The notes under the pieces are model-generated. The model was given only the letters and a program-made list of their open reading frames with translations. It was not told where the DNA came from and did no database searches. Both the position numbers and the translations under genes were made by a program. Below, one piece after another: positions 39,354-50,574 of a DNA stretch of 64,000 bases; position 1 is the first letter of the stretch; every line of letters starts with the position of its first letter. The DNA is taken from NCBI RefSeq assembly GCF_037042905.1, contig NC_087252.1:20524001-20588000 (forward strand), in the 5' to 3' direction. The DNA is from Lytechinus pictus. Lineage: Eukaryota.

Positions 39354-40171
39354 TGATGTGTTTGGATTGCATGTGAAGAACTGGCATTTTCGCTCCATAT
39401 TTTCAGGGCTATTTTTATGGTGATGCATGTTCCAATGAGACATTTGATGAACTGGTCATCAAGTGATAATTATAATAGTGATGATAAGTGAAATGATCGC
39501 AATTCATACTCTTTTTTAATTGACCCATGAAACCAGTTGAATTTCCTGTATCAAACACACATACAGCTAAATAATAATGGCGTAATAAAAATGTCGTCTA
39601 AGCATATTGTAGGATGTGTGTTTGTGTGCGTGGGTATTTTTTCACCATGTCATGATAGTAACGTGTGCACACAAATTGGCAAACGCCGTATACAAATAAA
39701 CATTTCGCAACAGCAGCAAAATTCCCCGTCGGGAATCCCCAGAAATAAACAAAAGGAAATTATTTCAAAAAAATTGTCGTTCCACAGCGCGTTTTATTTA
39801 TATAGTTTATTCCATGGATAGTTTTATCTTTTCGATTGGTTTATTGGTTTTATTTTTTTCGACAATGATTTGACCATGAGAGTAGGCATGAAAAAGGGAG
39901 AAAAGAGAGAAAATTACGGTTACCAACTTAAATTGAATGATGAGATCGGATTCAACCGCTGAATTCATCTAGCTGAACAGCCTTAGATTTATGGGTCGTT
40001 TAGAGGGTGTTATTCTGTTTTATCTCAATAACTGACTTCTGGATATGTCGCTTGTCTCTCTTTCTCTAAGTGCCGTATCCGGAGACGTATGCGATCATGG
40101 TTTGCCACAAATCTCTGTTCCTCTGTTTGAATCACCTCCACCTCCCACTGACCCCACGCCTCTCTGTAATC

Positions 40172-41289
40172 CATTGCCGTAACTACGGGGAGGGGAGCAC
40201 GTGCCCCCCCCCCCCCCCCCCCCTCATCGGCTGGCCAAACAAACGAACAAAATCGGGGGAAGGATACAAAAAAGGAGAACCAAAGAGGAACGTAGTGGGG
40301 CAAGAAGAAGAAATTATTGTTTAATATTATTGTATATTATATATTATATCATATTACACATATAATTTTTTCCATAACTTTATGAAACATAATTTGTTGA
40401 GGGCCTATTGTTCGCCATTCCTTTCTAGTGTGATAAATAATCCCGTTCAAGGGTATTAAATGGTACTGGAACATCCCATTTTAAAGTCAATATAGACCAA
40501 ATATATTTCCTTGCACTTCGAACTTTTATTATTTGATGTAGTGGCATATGCTTCTGTTCCATTACTACTTAAAGTGATTGTTCCTTTTTTAGGTCAGTAT
40601 AAAAGATTTTCAGTACGTGCTTAGGTTCGCTTTAAATTTTCAGCTCGCGCTTCGCGCTTGCATTATCCAGTTAGTGAAATACATAAGGTCTTATTAAATT
40701 TCTACAAGCATAAGAAAGAATACCCCTCTTCAGTTCTGAAAATATATATATTTGTTTCAGTTGGCGCTTTAAAGTCGCAATATTTGATTAGTTAGATAAG
40801 TATAATGCCCATGATTAAAATACTACAAAAGGTGCTTTATGTGTTTAGATTTAATTCTAAAACAAAATCGACACGCGCTTGGCGCTCGTATGAGGTTGAT
40901 AAAGTGAGATATGTATGCTTTTAATAAATTTCTATAAAATAATCCTTAAAATGTCTCGTTTTAAGTCAATAACTACAAAAAATCACCTGGTGCTCCGCGC
41001 TCGCATTGTTATTATATTTTTTACACTGGTACGTATCATGATTATACAAATTTGCTTTAAAAAATCACTTTTTGGCTTCTGAATATTAAACATTTTCAGA
41101 TCGCACTTCGCCTTCGCGTTATTTGATTAGTGAGATATGCCTACATATCCTTTTAATGGCACGGTCCTTAAAATGTCTCTTTTGTGTCAGCATATACGGC
41201 TATTGAGGGCGCTTCGCGCGCCCACTAAGTGACTGAAACGTTTGTTGCTGGCGCCCCCTCCCCTTCCCGTGACCCACGGTAGGCCACTG
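40172..41289. mobile_element. Non-autonomous hAT-type element (truncated paralogue 9308-10305)
   Basis: Imperfect TIR cattgccgtaac.../...ggtaggccactg; perfect 8-bp TSD ctgtaatc (40164-40171, 41290-41297). Confidence 0.85.
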
Positions 41290-42235
41290 CTGTAATCCAT
41301 GCATTCAGGCTGGTCATCAAATTCATCAATTCCCATCCTTTACCCATCTTTTCCTCTCTTTCCCGTCAGCGCTAAATGTTCGGTGGGGAGAAACTGAGTA
41401 TTATACGGTCGGTGAAAATTTGTTAAATAACCTGGAAAGAATGTGTTCGTCTGGACAAGGTCGGAGTTAATTTCTCCTGTCGGTGGAATTTACTGCTAGC
41501 TATTAATCCTTAGTTGGAGTAATTGGCCGTACGGACAAGCATCTCGGGAATACTCTATGCTTCATTTTCGTAATATTAGCAATCACTTCGCAGACGCTTT
41601 CTACAAGGCTGATAATCTTTTGTCAAAAGCCCTTCATAACAAAGCAGCCTTTGTCGAAAATTGGTGAACAAAAACAGCAGTGTCATCCTGGATTCTGGAC
41701 AAACGACAAACTTGCAATTGTTCGTCCAGTCCGAATCTTAAGACGATGTGCTGTACCGGTCCACCAACTTTCGATAATGACCTCTATTCTGTCAGTTGTT
41801 ATTTGACGAGTATTTTCAATAATTCCTCAATGTTCTAAAAAGTGTGTGCGAAGTGGATGCTTAAATATACTATTGGCATCTGAATGGCTTGTAACCCCCC
41901 ATGACCGACACAAAGCGTCTACAGAAAGATTTCGGCTCATTGATATCGTTTGTACAGGGTTCCGTAACACAAAACTTAGCAATGATCGTAGAACACTTGT
42001 CTACGATTGATTGCATTGACTACAATGTACAATTAATCGTGAAAACTGAGCGTACAATCATTCGCTAATCTTTGTGTTACGGGACCAAGATCCTAAATAA
42101 TTTGTTATTTGGATTAAAGGTACATTCTAGGAGTAGAATGACACCTGGATGGTGTAGAATTATGAGAATGATAATGGACGTCTTTCTTTTCACTTTAACT
42201 GGTGTACGTAGAATGGCTCATACATGAGAGCATAT

Positions 42236-42559
42236 CTACTTATTAATGGTTCTTCTGAACTCACAAACAATTAGTTCCTGTTTAGGGGGCGGAGATTCTA
42301 GTGGTGTTCGTGGGTCTTGTGCTTGCTCTCTACGAACTATTATATCTGACTTGAAAGTCACAGAAAATTGTAAACATGGTCCAGATTGCGTCTGTTGATT
42401 GGGACCCTTTGCTATGTTTGCCACGTTTGTAGAGGTGTCCATTTTTTCCGTCTCTTCTCCGTTTTGGCAGGACTCTTCGAACTCCATCGGTTCAGGCAAG
42501 AGCCTTTGCGATTCAGCTACACATCCAGCTGGATAATCTACATCCATTGGTTCGTCCAT
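42236..42559 (-). CDS. Acidic micro-ORF B, 107 aa (MDEPMDVDYPAG...LPEPMEF...EKMDTS), unknown function
   Basis: Intronless ORF paralogous to 27970-28182, with a conserved upstream region including TATAAAAAGG. Confidence 0.55.
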   Translation of the reverse strand: MDEPMDVDYPAGCVAESQRLLPEPMEFEESCQNGEETEKMDTSTNVANIAKGPNQQTQSGPCLQFSVTFKSDIIVRREQAQDPRTPLESPPPKQELIVCEFRRTINK

Positions 42560-42885
42560 CACGAAGATATATATATATAGTTCAAAAGAGAGCAAGCACG
42601 CGTATCCACGTTTACAACCACCAGGCTATACTTTCAATAGCGGGAATCCCTAACAACTGAAGAAAAATCCTCCTTTTTATACATTTCAAAAAGTAGGCGT
42701 GGTAAATGGATCATGTGTTGGAGTTTTTTCGCGGTGTCATGGTAGTGCCGTGTGCACGCATATTGACAAAGATTTTTTTTCGCGGTGTCATGATAGTGCC
42801 TTGTGCACATATATTGACAAATATCAAGTACAAATAAAAGTGTTTCGCAACAGCAGTAGAATTCCCCATGGGAAATCCCCAGAAA
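42560..42885 (-). promoter_or_regulatory. Upstream block of micro-ORF B with kB-like, C/EBP-like and TATA motifs
   Basis: Plus-strand GGGAAATCCC 42870-42879, AGAATTCCCC 42858-42867, TTTCGCAA 42843-42850, GGGAATCCC 42642-42650; minus-strand TATAAAAA near 42674-42681. Confidence 0.55.
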
Positions 42886-43440
42886 AAAAAAAGAAATAAA
42901 AGACGATTTGCCGTTGTATAGTTCAACATATCACGATTTCTTTCTAGTTTATTTCACAGAAATTGATAGAAAATTAATATAAATCTCTTAGGGGACGGTT
43001 AGGTTCGCTTATTTTTCAAAAGAGATTAGTTTGATGAAAACTATTTAATATAAATTATTTGCTAAGCATTTTTTTTCCTGTAAAAGAAAATGTCAAATGG
43101 GGGTTATCATAACAAGTAAAATAAATCGACAGTTGAGATGAGAATTACCCACTTCCTTGGTAACTGAGCCTTACTGTTCGTTTTCTATAGGGGAAACGCG
43201 CATTCTTATACGTATTAATTATTCGTTTAAGGTATAAACCGATGCACCATGTAAATGCCTTTTCGTTTTCAGGCCAGTAAACTGATTTTTTTTTATTCAG
43301 CATCTGCTTGCATGCAAAAAAATGTGTAAAGGTAATTACACAAAACCTATGTATTTATCTCAACACAAAATGTGTATTTTAGGGAAATTTCATTGTGTTA
43401 TATAGAATTATGGTACTATCAACAACATATCATTACCTAA

Positions 43441-44143
43441 AGCCCCTTTCACAATTGACGTACGACCTGTTTACGGCCGCCTGCAACAATTTTTTTCCTG
43501 TTGTTGCGCGATCGATCTCTTGGTGTCTTGCGAGCACTCGCAGTCGTTGTAGACGATCGCACGAACTCGAGGTGGTCGTGACTGGTCGCATCTGGAATTT
43601 GAACATGTTCAAAATCCAAACGCGATCAAATACGATCGATTTACTCGCATCAGGTCGTACCATCGGTCAGGCGATCATCGTGTGAGTGTTGTTCAACGTT
43701 GTACGACTTGATGCGAGAGGTGGCACAACTAAGTAGTCGCATTTACGCGACTGGAGGTCGTACAACACTTGCACATGTGCTAGTGACCTACATGTACAGA
43801 GACCAGTCTTGCGACTGGGTGCGATAATGAATAGGCCATAAGACTGTTGCAAGACCGATCGCACACGGCTTACAACATTGCACTACCGTTGCATTCGCAT
43901 GTATGCGACCGTTCCATTCGCAATCTCTCGTGCAACACTCGCATGTGATCACACGAGCACAATAAGAGCTTATGCGACTTACTCGTGCAACGGGGTTTAC
44001 TGGTTGTTTTTGTTGCACGACAGCTGTTGCATTTGTGAAAGCCTTTCTGCGATCTTATGAGATGACTAGCGATTGATGCCTGTTGCAGCCTGTCGCACGA
44101 CCAAAAGGTCGCAATTGGTCGTACGCCAATTGTGAAAGGGGCT
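43441..44143. mobile_element. PIF/Harbinger-like MITE
   Basis: TIR AGCCCCTTTCACAATTG...CAATTGTGAAAGGGGCT flanked by TAA/TTA; the empty site is seen in the paralogue at ~17030. Confidence 0.9.
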
Positions 44144-44682
44144 TTACGCAAATTGGGGAAAGCATTGTCGACATCTATTTCCAGATCAGTTTATTACTTT
44201 TCAAGTACATGTGTCTACTCTGGTTTAAAAAATTGCATGTTGTGTGTACATATTATTTGAAATCACTATAATCTTTATTTTATTTAATTTCAACCTTATT
44301 GCTCCCAAAACTGTCTCATTATTCCGAGGCATATACTATTGTTCGAATATATTTTTAATGCTGTTTTTAGGGACATATGAATCCGAATACCGGGAATGTC
44401 CAATGGCTTATACAAATTGTGACTGCATGTAATACCCATAATGTCGAGAAAGAAAAAAAAGGTTCCATTACATTAGCTCCGGTTACAATTGCCCCGCTCA
44501 AAATTCCACACACTAATCGAATGACCAATTTCAACCCTGGGTTTAACACTACGCTATCATGCCTATCGTAAAACAAACATAGATCCCATTGCAACCCTTA
44601 CCCTATATTTTAGACAAAATTAAGCCAAGAGCAAATGTCGCACGAGCAAATGTGTCACCAGAACAAACAAAAAAGACTCATT

Positions 44683-45200
44683 TAGTGACCAGTCACGACC
44701 ATCTCGAGTTCGTGCGACCGTCTACAACGACTGCGAGTGCTCGCAAGTCACCAAGAGATCGATCGTGCAACAACAGGAAAAAACTGTTGCAGGCGGTCGT
44801 AAACTGGTCGGATGTCAATTGTGAAAGGGGCTGTACGGTCTCATACATGCGAATGCAACGGTAGTGGAATGTTGTAAGCCGTAATGTCGATCAGTCTTGC
44901 AACAGTCTTATATTATCGCAACCAGTCGCAAGACTGGTCTCTGTGGGTATCTAGCGCATGTGCAAGTGTTGTACGACCTCCAGTCGACAAAATGCGACTA
45001 TACGTAGTTGTGTCACCTCTCGCACCAAGTCGTACAACGTTGAACGACACTCACACGATGATCGCCCGACCGATGGTACGACCTGATGCGAGTAAATCAA
45101 TCGTATATTATCGCGTTTGGATTTTGAACATGTTCAAATTCAGATGCGACCAGTCACGACCACCACCGACTCCCTCAAATTCGTGCGTTCGTCTACAACC
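44683..45200 (-). mobile_element. Two abutting inverted partial copies of the 43441-44143 MITE
   Basis: 44683-44832 = reverse complement of ~43441-43590; 44833-45200 = reverse complement of ~43545-43910. Confidence 0.85.
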
Positions 45201-45312
45201 ACCATTCACAAAAGATGACACCGTTACCATACAATCCATGGCGTAAACTTCGGGGAATGGGGGAGGGGTAAGCCCGCCAGTCATAAGGACCACAAGTCAT
45301 AACACTAACTAG

Positions 45313-47813
45313 CAGCGGCGTAACAGGGGTCGGTGGCCAGGGGGGCAAGAGCCAAACATTTCCCGGTCATATCATGGAACAGGCAATGGCGTCATAAGGC
45401 AAACATTTTGAGGGGGCGATATGGCGTATCGGGCAAATATATATATATACATATATAAGCGAGCGAAGCGAGCGAGCAAATTTTTTTGACATTTTTATTG
45501 CAAAAATCCAATTTTGTGATAGATTTTGACATACTGTTAAAAAGATGATATCATATTTTACCCTCCTCTCTTTCCTTTTTTCTCTCTTTTTTTTGTACGC
45601 CACGGTGAACAGGATTTTTGTTATGATTGTGAGAATCAGAGCGAAGCTCTATATGCTCGAGGGAGCCGAGTATGGCGCTTCTGGCAAGAAGTAGCTTAAT
45701 ATAGGTCCCGAGCGAGCGAAGCGAGCGAGATAAAAAAAAATCACCTTTTCATGAGAATCTAACATGAAGATAGATTTTGACGTGATATTCAGAAAAATAT
45801 AATACACTTTCCTTTCTTTCCTCTTTTTTTTTGTTTGGTTGTAGAACTTTTGGGGCCATGGTCCAACTCATCCATGTAACAGTGCTTTATGGGTGGGGTC
45901 CAGGGCAGAGCCCCGGAACCTCTTGATATCAAAGCCATTTTAAACCTTACAGATGGCCACTTATTTTAATCAAATTGCGTGTATATTTATATAGTTTTAA
46001 CACAACACATAAATTCAATGCAGTTGTGTATCGTAATCATCCAAATATTGTGAGGGGCACACCATAGCAAATGTGGGAAAATTTGTAAAAAGTCGCCAGC
46101 GAGCGAAGCGCGCCAGAAAAAAAAAAGGCCTGTTAAAATGAAATTCTAATTATGTGATAGATTTTTACATCATTATAGCAAATATCATGTCATATATTTT
46201 TTTTTTCATTCATCTCATTTCGCTGCCTCCTTTATTTTCTTTTATTTCCCCTTGGCTGTGGAACCACCCCTGGTACGCCAGTGCTTCAACGTAAAGCTTA
46301 ATGCAGGAAGGGTCCATATAGGGGCCCGTTATAGAACCCATTAAAGGTTACAGATGAAGAGCCCCCACTGCACGGGGTCTTGACTCTAGGACAGAGCCTT
46401 TGGAGATTTAGCAAGTTTATGATAGACTTTCATACGACATTATGCTAGATACCATCCATTTTTCTTCCCGCTCAATCCTCGGCGCACAGTGGGCCAGAAT
46501 GAACCCAAAGTGCGCCAAAACCCATTATTCACACATTTGTATGATTAAATTTGGTAGACAGGGGTAATTTCACCCGTAGAATTCAATAAAAGTATTTTCA
46601 AATATTGATGACGTCGTTAAAATACTGTTTTCTGATTGGCTGTTAACATTTGAGCAGAAATTACATGTTTCTAATTCTACAATATGTTTCAAATTTTCAG
46701 AAACTAGTTTTAGATAAATTTCAGCAATAATTAAGCATATTAGCAAACAGCAAACACACAAACAGGCAACCAAACCAGAAAAGTCTGTGCTCGGGGTACA
46801 AATAATTCATTTGGTGACTTGAGTATCGCTTAAAGAGGGCGTCCTACCATGAATCTGGAATTGTAAAATTCAAAGTGAAATTGTAAAAAAAAATGAAAAG
46901 GAGTATTTTTATTCCCTGTGTATTATGATTAACCACACCCACATGAATTAAAATGGATTGATACCAGAAGTGGACAGTGAAATCTTTAAAATAATGATTC
47001 CAGTGATTAGAGGCCGGGTCCTCTGCAGGTTAATCAGTACAAGGCCCTACAAGGCCTACCAAGAACGGCGTATACAAAGTTATTCCAAATCAGAGTCTCT
47101 CTCTACTATCTCAACAACTATTATGTCTTTGGTGAGAGGATCTTTTAGCATACTTTGAACATCAGGGGGAAGAGGCTGTGATTGTTGTACTCTTAAAAAC
47201 TTGCTACTAATCACAATGTCACCTGTTACCATTTCTGTGGAATACATATAAAGTCAATGAGAATCTTAAACTAAACAATCATTGAAATGATAATATACAC
47301 TTCCTTCTTAATCGATACCAACAATTATAGCAAATTTAGAATGAGCCAAGAGATAAACGAATTCATACGTGTATGTGAAGTTACAAACCCTTTTGGGGGA
47401 TAAATACTAATAATGATAATGCAATTTATACATGTAATAGAGCCCACGTATATCCCATCTCTGTCCTATACACATTTTCATATTTTGTCAGAAAACTGCG
47501 AGAGACCTATCACATCCCTAGTCATGTGTGTTATAGCGATATACAGTAGCCTCTACTTGGTTTATGAACAACAAACCAAATATATAATCTTACTCGGGAA
47601 TCTTACCTTAAGAATTAATCTTCTCAGTATGACAGCATATCAGATATGGAACACGGGATGGAACAGTTTGGCATCAAAATGAAGTTGCGTTACATGTATT
47701 ATTATATAGTTAGTGGAATTATAAATGAAAGCTTGCCTTTACGTATGTTTAACGAAAATATTTTAAAGGCAGACACCAGTCATAAGAGCCACACACTTGA
47801 GCCAGACACCCCC

Positions 47814-47854
<41 letters not shown>

Positions 47855-48944
47855 AGAACGCGACGGGGAGTTTGATGTTTAATGTCACCCGCAACGTTCG
47901 GCATGCACGCGCATAATGGGACAGTAACTTGGACCGATTTTTGTGATAAATACGGCGAACATGTGGTTGGAAAATTGGTTATATCTCCAGAAAATGCACG
48001 TATATGCAGCTAAATTTGGTATCAGTGCAAAGCATGAACTATACCAAAGACCGGAATGGTATTTGCAGCGCAGCAATCAGCAGCAATTTGTAAAAGAAAT
48101 GCTCATGAAAAAAAAATGCTAAAACACCCCCATTGTCAAATGGTTTCGTCCAAAATTGCCTCTGAAGGGATTTCCATTTTATCTTGAAAATCTTTGATCA
48201 CTTGAAACAATTATTCATCAAAAAGCACAGTGAATTTGAAATAAATTAAGCAATCTGTTTTGTTAAAACAGTGAAATATCTAAAACGTGTCATTTACACA
48301 TGCGGTAGCCGTAAAGAGTCATTTTCCGGTAACATTGAATAAAAATGGGCAACTAATATTCAATTTAATGGAGAAATATTGTACGGAGGCATTCTACAGG
48401 TTCTTATCTTTGCTTAGAACATGAAAAAAACAAAATTTGTTTCATGACCAAAAACCAGTTTTGGCGCACTTTTGCTCTCTCCTGGCCCACTGTGCGGCGG
48501 CCCGGTAGTGTACGTTATCTTGTTCCTATTCTTTATTTTCCAATTTAGATTTTGGCTAATTCCATTGCCTTTATTTCCCGCTTTTGTTTGCCTTTTTGCC
48601 ATCTTTAATTTATTTCCCTGTCTTACTAATCATGCTAATGTATTATATCGGGGCGAATTGTTTTTTCTCACTTGTTCTTTTTTCCTTCCTTTTCCCGTTA
48701 TCTTTCCGTTTTCCCTTGTTTATGTTTTTTCTTAGTTTTCTTTTCCCTTATCCTTTCCCCTTCCCTTTCCCCTTTTTTCTTTTCTTTCCTTTCCCCTTTT
48801 TTTCTTTTCTTTCCTTTCCCTTTCCCTTTCTTCCTCCCTTTTTTTTCTTTTTCCCGTTTTTTTTTATTTTCCCGGTGAGCTCCGCCAGGGGGGCAGCTTG
48901 CCCCCCCTGCCCCCCCCCCCCCCCCCCCGCCTGTTACGCCACTG
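45313..48944. mobile_element. Composite non-autonomous hAT-type element with nested insertions
   Basis: TIR CAGCGGCGTAACAGG...CCTGTTACGCCACTG; perfect 8-bp TSD ctaactag (45305-45312, 48945-48952). Confidence 0.85.
46485..48494. mobile_element. Non-autonomous Transib (RAG-related superfamily) element
   Basis: TIRs start CACAGTGGGCCAG and share AAAGTGCGCCAAAAC; perfect 5-bp GC-rich TSD cggcg (46480-46484, 48495-48499); no transposase ORF inside. Confidence 0.9.
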
Positions 48945-48949
48945 CTAAC

Positions 48950-49246
48950 TAGTCATAAGGACAGCTAGTCATAACGTGTAGTTACAATCCTATACCAGAA
49001 AGTTCGCTAGTCATAATAGGGAAAAGGGGTCACTAGTCATAAAAGGACCATGAGAAATATTCATAATAATAGATGAGGGTCGCCAGTCATAATAGGGGAA
49101 GAGGTTCGCCAGTCACAACAGTAGATGAGGTTCGCCAGTCATAATAGTAGAATAGGGTCGCTATTCATAATAGTAGAAAGGGTTCGGCAGTCATAATAGT
49201 AGATGAGGGTCGCTAGTCATAATAGTAGAAAGGGTTCGCCAGTCAT
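48950..49246 (+). repeat. ~26-bp minisatellite (AGTCATAATAGTAGA.GGGTTCGCC), interrupted by the hAT element (left part ~45270-45304)
   Basis: Direct reading. Confidence 0.9.
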
Positions 49247-49853
49247 ACATGGTGGTTTATGTGTCAAAATCATGATTCTAGGTTACTTGGAAGCTGAGAT
49301 ATTGTCGGAAACCCTGTTTTTGACGGCCATTTCGAAAAATCCAAGATAGCAGCCATATAGATCACGGTGCAAATGCAAACATTGTTATTCTGAATCCCCA
49401 TACAATAACCTTTCTAAAAATGTATAGTTTTCAATTTCTCCAAAAATAATTTTGCGTAGACATCGCCCTCTTACTTATCAGAAGTCCCCCTATAATTAGT
49501 TATGTATGGACGTGTTTGGGTGTGTGACTATGTTTGCATGTGTATATGGATGAGTATGTTGAAGCGTGTGTATGTTGGGATGGTGTGTGTCTATATGCTT
49601 GTGGTTATGTTTCTAAGAGAGGGTGAGAATGGGTGTGTGTTACGTGTCAAATTACAGGAAAAGGCAGGGAAAGTATGTTAGGGGCGGCAAAGAGAGGGTG
49701 AGGGAGAAAAATAGATACATGTATGTGAGTTGTGTGGTTGGATGATATGAGTCTTCATGTACATCAAAGTAATTGATGAATTGTGATTTACCCCAAAATC
49801 ACACTTCTTATCCATAAACAATTAACAGATTTATGGGGTTCGACGCTGAAGGA

Positions 49854-50084
49854 TCATTGCTTTGGATGGCTGCTCTGATCTACAGCTGAAATCGGAATCG
49901 GGACTTGAAGCTTTACACATCCAAGCTCCAACTGCAATTGAATGTGAGTACTTTGGGCACCTTTCTCAATGCCCACATCCATTGGTTCATCACCAACAAT
50001 AGCATCGTCCATGTTTGCAGACTCTGGAGGATCTATTTCCATGGCTTCGTCAGACCGAAGCGTACGTACCTGGTATGCCTCCAT
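49854..50084 (-). CDS. Acidic micro-ORF C, 76 aa (DEAMEID...DEPMDV), unknown function
   Basis: ATG in AAAATGG context; shares only the short motif and a following alternating hydrophobic stretch with ORFs A/B. Confidence 0.4.
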   Translation of the reverse strand: MEAYQVRTLRSDEAMEIDPPESANMDDAIVGDEPMDVGIEKGAQSTHIQLQLELGCVKLQVPIPISAVDQSSHPKQ

Positions 50085-50574
50085 TTTCTGTTCGACTGAT
50101 TTCTACTTCTTATACAAATAAAATCATTTTTATCGAGTATCAATTACGCTTACGCTTTTTTGTAAGGCACTTGGATAAAGTCAACGTTAAGAGCGTAATA
50201 CAAGTACCAATAATGTATTGTAAAAGAAAGATCTCACTAGGCAAATCACTGAAAGTTCATGCATATATCAGAGCAGCTAAGACGAGCAACGAACTATCAA
50301 CGAAGGGTTCATGGACCAATACACCTTTTCCAATGGGCGCCTCAACATTTATACCCTAGCTACCAACAATATCAGTATGGTAGTCGTGCGTGATGCAACA
50401 ATTGGGCGTGGCAAACGTAAATTCACCGTGTGCAAAAATATTGACACACTTCATGGTGATACAAGAGTACGGAAGCTTTAAAGCGCAATTGGATTGTAGA
50501 GATGGCAGGATAATCTCGCTCAGTCGACATAACAACGTTTCAAGTTTCAATATTTCTCTATTTCATTTCGACTC

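Larger units (their letters stand above)
37995..42890 (+). repeat. Segmental-duplication module, copy 3 (longest; retains micro-ORF B)
   Basis: Colinear with copies 1 and 2; contains SINEs at ~38005-38185 and 39178-39353. Confidence 0.85.

Noticed and set aside
43395..45293. Cluster of overlapping 60-120-aa ORFs
   Set aside because: They lie in GC-richer, semi-palindromic MITE copies and show no protein motifs.
18057..47852. Transformer (185/333)-type immune gene cluster suggested by GA/CT microsatellites, segmental duplications and kB sites
   Set aside because: No signal-peptide exon or Gly-rich/His-rich coding exon is present; the micro-ORFs are unrelated in composition.
46485..48494. Autonomous RAG1/RAG2-like transposon
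   Set aside because: Only 2 kb long, with no long ORF or recognisable RAG1-core motifs.
48472..48952. Phe/Pro-rich 'membrane protein' ORFs
   Set aside because: Low-complexity pyrimidine tract within the hAT element.
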